DNA from: Eledone cirrhosa
Taxonomy: Eukaryota
DNA length: 64,000 nt
Assembly (NCBI GenBank): GCA_964016885.1
Contig: OZ024752.1
Span: 49,538,001 to 49,602,000 of the forward strand
Direction of reading: 5' to 3'
The notes beneath the pieces are model-generated. The model made no database searches and was not told where the DNA came from. It saw nothing but the letters and a program-made list of their open reading frames with translations. This document shows positions 44,755-57,933 of this stretch, one piece after another. Numbering within the stretch: position 1 is the first letter of the stretch; every line of letters begins with the position of its first letter. The position numbers were made by a program, and so were the translations under genes.

Positions 44755-45076
44755 TCATCATCATTTTACGTCCGCTTTTCCCTGCTTGCAAGGGTGGGAC
44801 AGGAACTGATTCTGGCTTGATTTCAACAGCTGGATGCCCTTCCTAACACCAACCTCATTTACAGTGAGTGCTGGGTGCTTTTTTTGCCGTGGCACCTCCA
44901 CGTCCACTTTGCAGTGGAATGATAGGGACCCCAGTCCCTATCATCTCATTTCTACAGCTGGAGCAATGTGAAATAAAGTATCTTGCTCAAGGAAACAACA
45001 CACCACCCGCCCTGAGAATTGAACTCACAACCTTTCAATTGCAAGGCCAATGCTCTAACCACTAAGCCACATGCCT

Positions 45077-45078
<2 letters not shown>
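44751..45078 (-). mobile_element. tRNA-headed CORE-type SINE family B, full length
   Basis: On the minus strand: TGGCTTAGTGG A box, GAGTTCAATTC B box, CCTTGAGCAAGATAC CORE-like block, RTE-derived 3' part and (GAT)n tail. Confidence 0.92.
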
Positions 45079-45162
<84 letters not shown>

Positions 45163-45166
<4 letters not shown>

Positions 45167-45520
45167 GCTGAGGAAAAATTTTGTGCGCAGTGTTAAAATA
45201 ATGATTTTTTTTTATGCAAGAGTTTATTCAAAAACAACAACAACTATTCTTCAAAATAAAGACCATCATTGTCCAAGACCTGCCCACGACCTGCAAGCTT
45301 TCGGATTTGGTCAAGGTAGCAATCCTTTGGCTTTGAATCGAAAAATTCTTGACAGGCTTCTTCAACTTCATCGAATCACTCAAATCGGTGACCTTTCATA
45401 AAGTGCTGCATTGATCGGAAGAGGCTGTAGTTAGATGGAGCAATGTCTGGACTATGGGCTGGATGAGGCAGAACTTCCACATCGTCCAAACACGGCGCAC
45501 AAACTTTTCCCTCGACCTAA
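45163..45520 (-). mobile_element. Internally deleted mariner transposon
   Basis: 32-bp TIRs (26/32 matches) with TA on the right. Minus strand 45486-45244 translates DDVEVLPHPAHSPDIAPSNYSLFRSMQHFMKGHRFE*FDEVEEACQEFFDSKPKDCYLDQIRKLAGRGQVLDNDGLYFEE*, the mariner YSPDLAPxD motif and C-terminus. Confidence 0.92.
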
Positions 45521-45527
45521 TATATAT

Positions 45528-45876
45528 ATCATCATCATCATCATTTCATCATTTCATTTTATGTCCACTTTTTCCCTGCTTGCAAGGGTGGGAATTGGAA
45601 CTGATCCTGGCTTGATTTCTACAGCTGGATGCCCTTCCTAACACCAACCTCATTTACAGTGAGTGCTGGGTCCTTTTTTGCCGTGGCACCTACACGACCA
45701 CTTTACAGTGGAATGATAGGGACCCCAGTCCCTATCATCTCATTTCTACAGCTGAGTAAACTGGAGCAATGTGAAATAAAGTGTCTTGCTCAAGGAAACA
45801 ACACATCACCCAGTCTGTGAATTGAACTCACAACCTTTCGATTGCAAGGCCAATGCTCTAACCACTAAGCCATGTG
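45528..45876 (-). mobile_element. SINE family B, near full length
   Basis: Highly similar to 44751-45078 and 63406-63750. Confidence 0.92.
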
Positions 45877-45991
45877 GTTATATATATATAAATTAATAAA
45901 AACAATGAATAAAAACAAAGAAACAGTTCCTTATATTAAAAAATTCATCATTTTACGATCGTTTCTAGGATATATATGTGTGTGTTGGTAT

Positions 45992-46051
45992 AGTCTTTTA
46001 GTCTTTTACCTGTTTCAGCCATCCGGCTGAGGCCATGCTGGGGCACCGCCC
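45992..46051 (-). mobile_element. SINE family E 3' fragment
   Basis: Matches 42752-42812. Confidence 0.6.
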
Positions 46052-46453
46052 TGTATATCATATAGATCTATGTAAAATTTTTACAAACTATCAGAGGGAA
46101 TATACATACCTACACATATATATGCGTTATTTTTAGACGCTATGCAGAATTTAAATAATTAGGATATATGTATGTATGAGTAGGAAGAAGAAAGAAAGAA
46201 GAGCTTGTATTTACGTTAATTTAAAAGGAATTAACAATTTGCAGGAATGGTGGAATATGATTCCAGAATTTAAAATTTATTTAGCCCCATATTATGAGTT
46301 ATAATATTGTATATATAATCAATTAGATTATATGAAGAATTATGGTTGTAAGTAGATTTTATCTTATTACATTACAACAGGTTGTAAGTATATAAATATC
46401 TATATAGATTAATAATTGTGCATTATAGAAATAGAAATAAGTTACAATTATTA

Positions 46454-46615
46454 AAGTGGTCGTGGAGGTGTCACAGCAAAAAGCACCCAGCACTCACTGT
46501 AAATGAGGTTGATGTTAGGAAGGGCATCCAGCTGTAGAAATCAAGCCAGAATCAGTTCCCGTCCTACCCTTGCAAGCAGGGAAAAGTGGACGTAAAATGA
46601 TGATGATGATGATGA
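46454..46615 (+). mobile_element. 5'-truncated SINE family B
   Basis: AAGTGGTCGTGGAGGTG...GGACGTAAAA(TGA)n. Confidence 0.88.
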
Positions 46616-46724
46616 TATTAGTTGTTTACATTTCTCAAGAGTTACGAAGGATGTTGATTCTGCATTTTACATAAAAAAACACGTAGTTCAAGTAATAATT
46701 GTAACTTATTTCTATAGAGAAAGA

Positions 46725-47134
46725 GGCAAGAGAGTTCTGGCCAGATACAGGTTAAATGCTAAAGGGTTAAATCTTCTGTTTACCCAAGTGTAGCCATAGA
46801 GGGTCTCTTATTTAGCCTACGACGGTCTCCTTTAATTCTGTAGAATGTTCATTAAATGGTCCATGTGAGCTGGCATAGACATTTGGTGTCTCTGAAACCT
46901 TTTCATACCAAACTGCCGGAATCACTCCTACTTCTATAATGCTAAGCTGTTTATTTCTAAAAACCTTCTATTATAATTTTATGCAAATCTCTTTGTTAAA
47001 TTATGTTCCAAACATCTGCTTAATGAGAAAGTTAATTATATTATTAAATCACTCCAAATCCTTTATCTATTTCAAAATTATTTGAAAATTATTGGCAGTG
47101 TATTTCATTAAAAATATGATAACAAAAGGGTTAA
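46725..47134. mobile_element. Family P1 end fragment (46725-46770, minus) abutting a second probable piggyBac-type MITE (46771-47130)
   Basis: TAAATGCTAAAGGG|TTAA at 46753-46770 and GATAACAAAAGGG|TTAA at 47118-47134. The left TIR of the second element is degraded. Confidence 0.5.
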
Positions 47135-47151
47135 AATACCCTATTGTTAAT

Positions 47152-48110
47152 ATATATTATATTATATTATAATAAATTATATATATTATATTATATTATA
47201 TTATATTATATTATATTATATTATATTATATTATATTATATTATATTATATTATATTATATATTATATTATATTATATTATATTATATTATATTATATTA
47301 TATTATATTATATTATATTATATTATATTATATTATATTATATTATATTATATTATATTATATTATATTATATTATATTATATTATATTATATTATATTA
47401 TATTATATTATATTATATTATATTATATTATATTATATTATATTATATTATATTATATTATATTATATTATATTATATTATATTATATTATATTATATTA
47501 TATTATATTATATTATATTATATTATATTATATTATATTATATTATATTATATTATATTATATTATATTATATTATATTATATTATATTATATTATATTA
47601 TATTATATTATATTATATTATATTATATTATATTATATTATATTATATTATATTATATTATATTATATTATATTATATTATATTATATTATATTATATTA
47701 TATTATATTATATTATATTATATTATATTATATTATATTATATTATATTATATTATATTATATTATATTATATTATATATTATATTATATTATATTATAT
47801 TATATTATATTATATTATATTATATTATATTATATTATATTATATTATATTATATTATATTATATTATATTATATTATATTATATTATATTATATTATAT
47901 TATATTATATTATATTATATTATATTATATTATATTATATTATATTATATTATATTATATTATATTATATTATATTATATTATATTATATTATATTATAT
48001 TATATTATATATATTATATTATATAAATTATATATATGATATTATATTATATTATATATTATATTATATATTAATTACATATTATATTATATATTAATTA
48101 CATATTATAT
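47152..48110. repeat. (TATTA)n pentanucleotide array, about 0.9 kb
   Basis: Nearly pure in 47190-48010. Confidence 0.97.
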
Positions 48111-48809
48111 CACACAATTATGAGCACTGTTAATATAATATTAATATAATATTAATATTATATTAATATTATATTATATATTATTAACACTTTATATCGT
48201 TAACATGGAAACTATTTCTCTACAAAGACAAAACATTCTTTATTCACAATATTTACATATTCCACAAAATTTAACTCCTGCTATTAATTAATGAAAGCTA
48301 CCATATATTTACTGTTCTAAGATAACACCTGATATACATATAGGAAATAGATTATTTGGCAAAATTCCTGAAATGCTGCCAAATCTTCACAAGTCTTGTT
48401 CATTCAACCAGCTATAAAACTCTAATGCAGATTTTCTTTTTTATTCTTTTCCTTTCTTCTTTGTTTTTTTTTTTGTTTGTGTTTTGCGTTTTTTTTTTAA
48501 TAAAATTCATACATTTTTCAACACAACAAACTATACATATTTCTTTCCTTCTTCCACCAACTATCCACCACTCTCTTCCTCCACCACCCTGCTCTTCCAC
48601 CATCACCACTGCCACCGCCATCACATTCTCACAGGTTGCATTATATGTTTTAAGTTCTTTGATGTATTCTTCAGTTAATAACAGAATCATATCAAAGAAA
48701 TTAAGCATAAGTTGAAAAACAATTTAGTCTTTTAAAATTTACATAAGAGCTTACTGAAACAAAAGCTATTCATTAGCTCAAAGTAAATATGAAATACCTT
48801 CCCCACCAT

Positions 48810-49845
48810 CTCCTCCTCTTCCACCTCCTACACATTCCACATGCCACCCACCTCTTCCACCAGAGAAACCATCACCACCACCACCACCACCAGAACCATC
48901 ACCAGAACCATCACCAGCGAAATCATCACCAGCATTTCCACCAGAGAAACCATCGCTACTATCATCACCACCACCACCGCCACCACCACCACCACCACCA
49001 GAGACACCACCACTATTATTACTGCCACAATCACCCCACCACCACCACCACCAACACCACCAGATAAACTATCACTACTACCACCACCACCACCACCACC
49101 ACTATTACTACTGCCACAATCACCACCACCACCAACGAAATCATCACCACATTACATCAATCACCACCAACACCACCACAATCACCATCAAACCATTACA
49201 TTAATCATCACCACCACCACCACCACAGCTCTCACACATACGCTAAACTAACAGCACTACCACCACCACCACCACCTCATCCACCACCACCAACACCACT
49301 ACAACCACCAACACCTCATCCACCAGCACCACCACAACCACCACAACCACCAATACCACTGCCACCACCACCACCACCACCACCACAACCACCAATACCA
49401 CTGCCACCACCTCCACCACCACCACCACCTCCACCACCACCACAACCAATACCACCACCACCGCCACCACCTCCACCACCACCGCCACCACAACCACTAC
49501 CACCACTACATCATTCACAACCATCACTATCGGCATCACTAAAATATTTTTAAAAAACAAACAAAAAAAACAAAAAACAGAAAAGAAAAATGACAGAAGG
49601 AAAGAAAGAGAAAAAAAGAAAGAAAAAAGAAAGTAAGAGATAAAAAGAAAGAAAGAGATAAAGAAAGAGATAAAAAAAGAAAGAAAGAATGAGATAAAGA
49701 AAGAGATAAAAAAGAAAGAAAGAAAGATATTAAGAATGAAAGAAAGATATAAAGTATTAAAGAAAGAAAGAAGGAAAGAAAGAAAGATACAAAGTAATAA
49801 AGAAAGAAGAAAGAAAAAGGAAGGAAGGAATGAAAGAATGAGATA
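48810..49845. repeat. (ACC)n tract followed by an (AAAG)n purine tract
   Basis: Directly visible. Confidence 0.9.
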
Positions 49846-50039
49846 TAATCCATTAGTCGGTTTTAATGGTTATTATATTCCTAGAAACTGCTTTTCATTA
49901 TCAATTGGTTTTGATAAGAAGAGAGAATATTTCTAATATATAAGAAAGTCTGGCATTAAATAGACAATTAACTAGAACTTGTAAAATTGTGTATATATAA
50001 CAACAATGTCAGTTATATATATATATGTATATATATATA

Positions 50040-50485
50040 TCATCATCATCATCACCGGTTTACGTCTGTTCTTCCATGCTAGCATGGGTTAGACGGGTTG
50101 TCCTGTTGTGGGCAGTGTCCGGTCGGCTGACCTTGTCTTGCTCATACGGGAACTGATTCTGGCTTGATTTCTACAGCTGGATGCCCTTCCTAACACCAAC
50201 CTCATTTACAGTGTGGGCTGGGTGCTTTTTAGCCGTGGCACCTCCACGACCACTTTGCATTGGGAGGGGGTGGGGGAATACATATTGTCTATATGCTTCA
50301 GCTTCGGCTTGTACCTGTGGGGGGCGGGGGGGGTCGTGTCTTGTGTATTACTATGTGATGCCAGAGGTCACGGTCGTGTGTCATCGCCTTTGAGAGGTGT
50401 AATTGTGTAAGGTCGGCTTTTATCACCTCACCCCAGGTCTTCTTGGGTCTCCCCACTATGCGGCTTCCATCGACTTCTAGTGAGT
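50040..50485 (-). mobile_element. 3' end of RTE-clade LINE (family R1): ORF C-terminus, 3' UTR and (GAT)n tail
   Basis: Translates LEVDGSRIVGRPKKTWGEVIKADLTQLHLSKAMTHDRDLWHHIV, the GRPxxxW...DRxxW C-terminal signature of RTE reverse-transcriptase ORFs. Confidence 0.88.
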
Positions 50486-50770
50486 AATGGATTAATTGGT
50501 TTTTACTGCCTCCATTCTGATATATATACATATATATATTTGAAAAAAAGGAAAAGAATGACTTCACTTGTAGTTCTAAACAATTTGATTTAATTTTATA
50601 TTATAATATTATGATTTGGTAGATCTAGTAAGTTCTTTGTTAACTTCGGTGGGAAGACTTTTAAAGATTCCTGGTTAACTTTCTCGCATTCGTTGGTGGC
50701 ATATGTCTAATTATATATATATACCCTTTGAATTTTATATATATATGTGTATATATATATATATATATAT

Positions 50771-51220
50771 TTACACCTCTCCAAGACAATGTCACTGGAC
50801 CGAGACCTTTGGCGATACTCAGTAACAGAGAAGACCCGCCTTGCCAGTAGGCATCTCTAACAAAATACACCCCATCCCGCCACCACCCCCACCCCATCCA
50901 CACCACCCCGTTCTATGTAAAGTTATGTTGGTGCCGCGCCATCCAGGCCGAAACAAATGAGATCGTGTAGGTGTCACGACAAAAAAACACACAGTCCACG
51001 CTGTAATGTGGCCGTGTAGGCAACACGGTAAAAACCTCCCAGACCCACACTGTAAATGTGGTTGGTGTTAGGAAGGGCATCCAACTGTAGAAAACCTGCC
51101 AGACAGTCTTATGCGAGCAAGACAATCACTCTTGCCTCAAGTGGGACTACCCCCGTCCAAACCCATGCAAGCGTGGAACACGGACGTTAAACGTTGATGA
51201 TGATGATGATGATGATGATG
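50771..51220 (+). mobile_element. 3' end of RTE-clade LINE (family R2)
   Basis: Translates LHLSKTMSLDRDLWRYSVTEKTR; 3' UTR and (GAT)n tail. Second copy at 56757-57208. Confidence 0.88.
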
Positions 51221-51243
51221 TATATATGTGTGTGTGTGTGTGA

Positions 51244-51288
<45 letters not shown>

Positions 51289-51289
51289 A

Positions 51290-51336
<47 letters not shown>

Positions 51337-51360
51337 AGTATGTGTGAATATATATATATA

Positions 51361-51434
51361 TAGTTATAATAATAAATTTGAAGACTAAAATCCAAAGATT
51401 CTTTGCTTAAACTTTAATCTGTTATTTTAATAAA
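51361..51434 (-). mobile_element. Family D, internally deleted
   Basis: Joins the two ends of the 9138-9272 sequence. Confidence 0.6.
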
Positions 51435-51437
51435 TAA

Positions 51438-51514
<77 letters not shown>

Positions 51515-51942
51515 AGCACACACACACAGACACATATATATGTGTGTGTGTGCATGTGTATGTGAGTGTATGTATGTGTACATTTGTGTGTGTATGTGTA
51601 CGTGTATGTGTATGTGTGTGTGTGTGTATACTCACAACACAACTCACTGCAAAACACTGCTAGAAACTCTCCCAAAGTATTCTATATAGGAATCCTTAGA
51701 AATCCTCAATGAATAGATAATAACATGTCCAGATAATATTAGTAGTACTATCACAGGTCAACAGCAGCGTGTGTGCCGAATGTAAGGGAGATAATTCAGG
51801 AGACAGTAACAGGCTTGAAGCTCTGTCCACTATTCTCAGAGCTAATGACTAATAGACATGCACGGACACACACACACACTCACTGACACATACATTCACT
51901 CACACATTCATACATTTATCTGCACAGATATGCCTGTAAATG

Positions 51943-51990
<48 letters not shown>

Positions 51991-51993
<3 letters not shown>

Positions 51994-52106
51994 TCCTATA
52001 CGAGCAAGACAACCAATCTTGCCTCAAGTGGGAAAATTCCCGTCCAAACCCATGCAAGCGTGGAAGATGGACGTTAAACGATTGATGATGATGATGATGA
52101 TGATGA

Positions 52107-52108
<2 letters not shown>
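51991..52108 (+). mobile_element. RTE R2 extreme 3' fragment (a shorter RTE 3' end lies at 52857-52905)
   Basis: CGAGCAAGACAACC...CCCATGCAAGCGTGGAAGATGGACGTTAAACG(ATG)n. Confidence 0.8.
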
Positions 52109-52146
<38 letters not shown>

Positions 52147-52166
52147 ACATATATATATGTGTGTAC

Positions 52167-52212
<46 letters not shown>

Positions 52213-52259
52213 GTATATACATATATATGTATATGTATATATATGTATATGTGTGTGAC

Positions 52260-52264
<5 letters not shown>

Positions 52265-52310
<46 letters not shown>

Positions 52311-52481
52311 AATTATTGTGTACAGTGCTCAGGTGCACTACAACTCATCAAAGGTGCATGTATAGTACATAGAATAATGTACAAATGAATACTCAATAGG
52401 GAAATAGCAATTAAATATTCTATATTAGCCATAATAAATAATTGTTTCTACTTTTGGCACAAGGTCAGCAATTACCCAGTG
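52265..52481 (-). mobile_element. Non-LTR 3' end with (ATT)n tail (52265-52386) and SINE A 3' fragment (52440-52481)
   Basis: Matches 10848-10935 and family A tails. Another family A fragment lies at 53667-53718. Confidence 0.65.
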
Positions 52482-52905
52482 AGGGTGTCTGTGTATATAT
52501 ACTATCTATCTATCTATCTATATATATATATATATAAGTATAAGTATAGCTATATATAAATATAAATATATATATATATAATGTGGGTAATAAAAAATAT
52601 TGTTCAGTTACAAGTATGCAAATAGCTCGATGTAAAATAACAAGTATAATACAAAACTAAAATACAATCTAAATGTCATTTATATTGTATCTATATATAT
52701 ATATATATAGAGAGGGAGAGAGAGATATGATTGCATGAGCATCTGATGAAGTCACATGCATATATCATGCAATAAAGCGATTATGGTGAAGTAACCCTGT
52801 CTTAACTACTTTTAATTTGATATACACATATATATATATATATGAATTAAATATACCATCTAACCCATGCTAGCATGGAAGATGGACGTTAAACGATGAT
52901 GATGA

Positions 52906-52960
<55 letters not shown>

Positions 52961-53222
52961 TATTTCGAGATGGTCATGTTGCCAGTAATGTCAATAAAAT
53001 GAAGGGTGTGTGTGAATGTATGTATGTATGTGTGAATGTATGTGTGTGTATAACTACATACATATATAATTATTATAACCATTTTCCTCATGTCCAAATA
53101 TATTAATACCGAATCAACGAGTCGGTATGTATTTTATTCCTATGTAACATACATGATATACATATATATATATATATAAAGGGTATATATATATATATAT
53201 ATATAAATATAAATATATATTT

Positions 53223-53601
53223 GTATAAACGTTTGTATTTGTAAAGCCAAAACAATGCAGGTATGGATATAGAATATAAATGCAAATGCAAAAGATATTG
53301 TTGACAATTAGTCTTTTACCTTAAATTTATTTAAATATCCTTAATTTTCGAGATAATATCTCTTCTTCGGAGGGAAGTAAAGTGGTTAAACCAGCGTTCT
53401 AAATAGCTTGCCAAGTCATGCTGAGAACGCTGGTTTAACCACTTTACTTCCCTCCGAAGAAGAGATATTATCTCGAAAAGTAAGGATATTTAAATAAATT
53501 TAAGGTAAAAGACTAATTGTCAACAATATCTTTTGCATTTGCATTTATATTCTATATCCATACCTGCATTGTTTTGGCTTTACAAATACAAACGTTTATA
53601 C
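53223..53601. repeat. 178-bp-arm inverted repeat with 23-nt spacer
   Basis: 53223-53400 is the reverse complement of 53424-53601, with one mismatch seen. Confidence 0.95.
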
Positions 53602-53626
53602 CTCATTACACAATGCTTCCTCCATA

Positions 53627-53669
<43 letters not shown>

Positions 53670-53728
53670 GTTTCTACTTTAGGCACAAGGCCAGCAATTA
53701 CCCAGTGCATTACTGGTAATATATATAT

Positions 53729-53922
53729 AATGAAGGAAATGTGGTAAGGAACCAGGTGGACCACAACAAACTTTTGACCAATCCTTGTGACAATTACTTT
53801 TACCATATATGGAATTACCCCCTGAGAAGGTCGGCTATTCATATACCAGGATAAAAATGTTCATTTAGTTCAGAATTAGCCGTCAAAACGGCTTGAGCTC
53901 AGCCGTCGGGGTCCTACTCGTT

Positions 53923-53925
<3 letters not shown>
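53729..53925 (+). mobile_element. Unclassified element (family U), longer member
   Basis: Ends TGAAGGAAATGTGGTAAGGAACC and GAGCTCAGCCGTCGGGGTCCT...TTCCTA are shared with 44533-44688. Embedded in (TA)n. Confidence 0.65.
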
Positions 53926-53960
<35 letters not shown>

Positions 53961-54050
53961 ATTGTAAATATACTCCAAATATTTGTCGAGTGCTTTTATA
54001 TCAGTTATAAATATTTACTAGTTGTAACCCAACAATTTTAAATATAACTT

Positions 54051-54094
<44 letters not shown>

Positions 54095-54133
54095 TAAATA
54101 TATATTTATATATATATATATATATATTTATAC

Positions 54134-54166
<33 letters not shown>

Positions 54167-54430
54167 CGCTTGAGAGTAAATGGAGAAATTGTTTGTATAA
54201 ACTTTTAATCTGTGCTAATAATATATATTAAATATATATATATATATATAGATATAGATATATATTATTACAATATAGTGAGTGACATATATATACATAT
54301 ATCATTCATATATACAAATGTATAAAAATGTCCATATATACAACTTTGTTTCATGTATCGAGAAACTCCATTCCATAAGTAAATACTACTTATTTATATA
54401 TCTGTAAATCTAACATTCACGTATATAAAT

Positions 54431-54463
<33 letters not shown>

Positions 54464-54470
54464 TATATAT

Positions 54471-54525
54471 CATCATCATCATTATTTTATGTCCGCTTTT
54501 CCCCTGCTTGCAAGGGTGGGATGGG
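54471..54525 (-). mobile_element. SINE family B extreme 3' fragment
   Basis: (CAT)n...TTTTATGTCCGCTTTTCCCCTGCTTGCAAGGGTGGGA. Confidence 0.75.
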
Positions 54526-55240
54526 TCTTATTCAGCACAGCATATCTCCACTTGTAAATGTATATATGCGTGTTTGTGGGTATGTACGTATGTGTATGTG
54601 CCTGCGTATGTGTTTGTTGGAAGTATGAGTAAGTGTCTGTGGTGTGTATGTGTGTGTGAGTAAGTGTGTGTATGTAAGTGTGCATATATGTGTATATATG
54701 TGTGTGAGGAGAAAAAAGCAAGCGAGAGCGAGAGAGATACTGAGAAGAAATAATATTCTACAAAAGAGAACCAAAGACTTTACAATATACAAATATTTGG
54801 GAATTTGAGCAAAAATGTTTGAAATTGTTCCTAAATTTATAGCTTCTAAAGTTTAAATATATTTTTAACTGATTTATGAAACATAAGTAACATGTTTGTG
54901 ATATTAAAGTTTTAATATTTTCAATGGATATTTGCCTATGTATGTGTATGTAAAAAGGTATGAATGTATGTATGTGTATGTGTATATAAAAAATGTATGT
55001 ATTAATGTGTGTAAGTATGTATGTATTTATGTATGTATGTGTGTATGAATGTATGTATGCATGTATGTGTGTCCACTAATACAAGTAAATAACCATGTGA
55101 GAGCATGTAAATATATATATATATATATATGTGTGTGTATGTATATATATATATATATATATATGTACCCACAAATAGCAATATGTATAAGGACAGATGT
55201 AATATATATATGTATATATATATATAGAAATATCTCTCTT

Positions 55241-55273
<33 letters not shown>

Positions 55274-55537
55274 GATGATGATGATGATGATGATGATATA
55301 GACAGTTCATGCACATGCCAAAACCTATTTCCATCTACAATGTATAAAAACAGTTTATATATTTATATTCCATGGATAAAATATACTTATCTCCTTCATA
55401 TTTTCTTTACCAAGTATATTTCAGTTTTGCCAGGACTTTAAGCTCTAAATACAAACTCTCCCTTAAATTTATTTTGTTTTCTTTCTCTATATATCTCTCT
55501 CGATATATATATACATACTTATATACATATATATATA

Positions 55538-55633
<96 letters not shown>

Positions 55634-55951
55634 GTCTGTATATATTTATATATATTTTCGTATATTTTCTGCAAGTTTACATAAGCTAATTCAAAATGAT
55701 TTCTTCTTTTCTTATTTTAACAATAGCCTTTTAAACTTATATCACATTATCCTATATATATATATAAATATATAAAAAAATATTATACATATATACACAC
55801 ACACATAAATATATATATAGCCATACTACAGGACTTTGCGGATTATTTTATAACAAACATAGCCGTTTGTCTGTATCATTTAAATGTATAAATGTTTGCT
55901 TATATTATAAATATATATATATAATATATATATGCATGTATATATATATAC

Positions 55952-56000
<49 letters not shown>

Positions 56001-56076
56001 TTCATATATACACATTCATATATACATATATATATGTATACAAATATATATATATATATATATATACATATGTATG

Positions 56077-56128
<52 letters not shown>

Positions 56129-56204
56129 TTCATATATACACATTCATATATACATATATATATGTATACAAATATATATATATATATATATATACATATG
56201 TATG

Positions 56205-56258
<54 letters not shown>

Positions 56259-56275
56259 TTCATATATACACATTC

Positions 56276-56314
<39 letters not shown>

Positions 56315-56324
56315 CATATGTATG

Positions 56325-56388
<64 letters not shown>

Positions 56389-56402
56389 TATACATATGTA
56401 TG

Positions 56403-56456
<54 letters not shown>

Positions 56457-56756
56457 TGTTAGAAAGAAACGAGAGAGATTTAAAAGCCAGAAATATGTAA
56501 ATATATAGAAAAAGGTGTGTATAAAGATTTGTGTGGTTCCTTTTCAAGAATCTGAGCAGCTTTTGGCAAAATTTTCTGGCAATAGATCCAGGAACTTTTT
56601 ATCTCTTTTACTTAGATTTTGGTACATCTAGTCTCTTACATATTACCTTATACAAGCAAAGACACATATATACTCGTACACACAAACATAAATATATACA
56701 TACACATGCACAAAAAACACACATAAAGACATACATATATATATATATATATATAA

Positions 56757-57208
56757 TGTGACTGGACCGAGACCTTTGGCGGTACTCAGTAATAGAGAAG
56801 ACCCGCCTTACCTAAATACAAAGTAAAAACCTACTACAGTCAGTAGGCATCTCTATCAAAACACCCCCCCGTCCCACCACCTCCACCCCATCCACACCGC
56901 TCCTTTCAATGTAAAGTTATGTTGGTCCCACAACATCCAGGCCGAAACAAATGAGATCGTGTAGGTGTCACGACAAAAAACACACAGTCCACGCTGTAAA
57001 TGTGGCCGTGTAGGCAACACGGTAAAAACCTCCCAGCCCCACACTGTAAATGTGGTTGGTGTTAGGAAGGGCATCCAACTGTAGAAAACCTGCCAGACAG
57101 TCCTATGCGAGCAAGACAACCACTCTTGCCTCAAATGGGAAAACCCCCGTCCAAACCCATGCAAGCGTGGAACATGGACGCTAAACCTGATGATGATGAT
57201 GATGATGA
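56757..57208 (+). mobile_element. 3' end of RTE LINE family R2
   Basis: Colinear with 50790-51220, with one ~30-bp insertion. Confidence 0.88.
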
Positions 57209-57344
57209 TTTATATATATATATATATAGTAAAAAATTTAACGAGAACAAAACAGAGAGGCAGTACGAACAAAGTTTTATTAGTTTCACGCTCTTGAGAG
57301 TGGGGTGGTGGTATATATATATGTGTATGTACAAATATTGTGAA

Positions 57345-57602
57345 GATGATGATGATGATAATGATGATGATAATGATGATATATGTACATATACATGATA
57401 CATTTATGTATATCACCATCATCACCAACATTGTCATCAACATTGTCATCATCATCATCATCATCATCAACCTCATCGTCATCAAAATCATCACCATCAG
57501 CATCATCATCACCATCATCATCATCAACCTGCTCTTCCTCCTCTTCCTCCTCCTCAACATCATCACCATCGTCATCACCATCATCATCACCATCATCATC
57601 AC

Positions 57603-57637
<35 letters not shown>

Positions 57638-57726
57638 CCATCTTCGTCATCGCCATAATCATCCCCATCATCATCGTCATCACCATCATCATCACCATCA
57701 TCGTCACTATCATCATCATCATCATC
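57345..57726. repeat. (GAT)/(CAT)n trinucleotide tract
   Basis: Continuous with the tail of the minus-strand RTE fragment at 57720-57928. Confidence 0.9.
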
Positions 57727-57928
57727 TAACGTCCATGCTCCCACAACTGGCATGGGTTAGACGAGTTGTCCTGTTGTGAGCAATGCCAGGTCAGGTGATC
57801 ATGTCTTGCTGAACACAGAACCGATATCGGCTTGGTATTTACTGTGGGGTGCCATTCCTAGCGCCAACCTCATTTACAGCGAGGGCTGGGTGCTTTTTGG
57901 TTGTGACACCTACACGACCACTTTACAG
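57720..57928 (-). mobile_element. Diverged RTE R1-like 3' UTR
   Basis: Colinear with 50040-50260. Confidence 0.75.
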
Positions 57929-57933
57929 TGTTT

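Noticed and set aside
51765-51850. Possible + strand micro-exon (CAG|GTCAAC...GAAT|GTAAGG)
   Set aside because: Weak polypyrimidine tract and no recognisable product.
52735-52780. Hammerhead-like GCAT-CTGATGAAG...ATC-ATGC; also CTAAAGA..CTGACTCAG-CGAAACATG at ~43816-43845 (minus)
   Set aside because: Core incomplete or mutated; at best decayed remnants.
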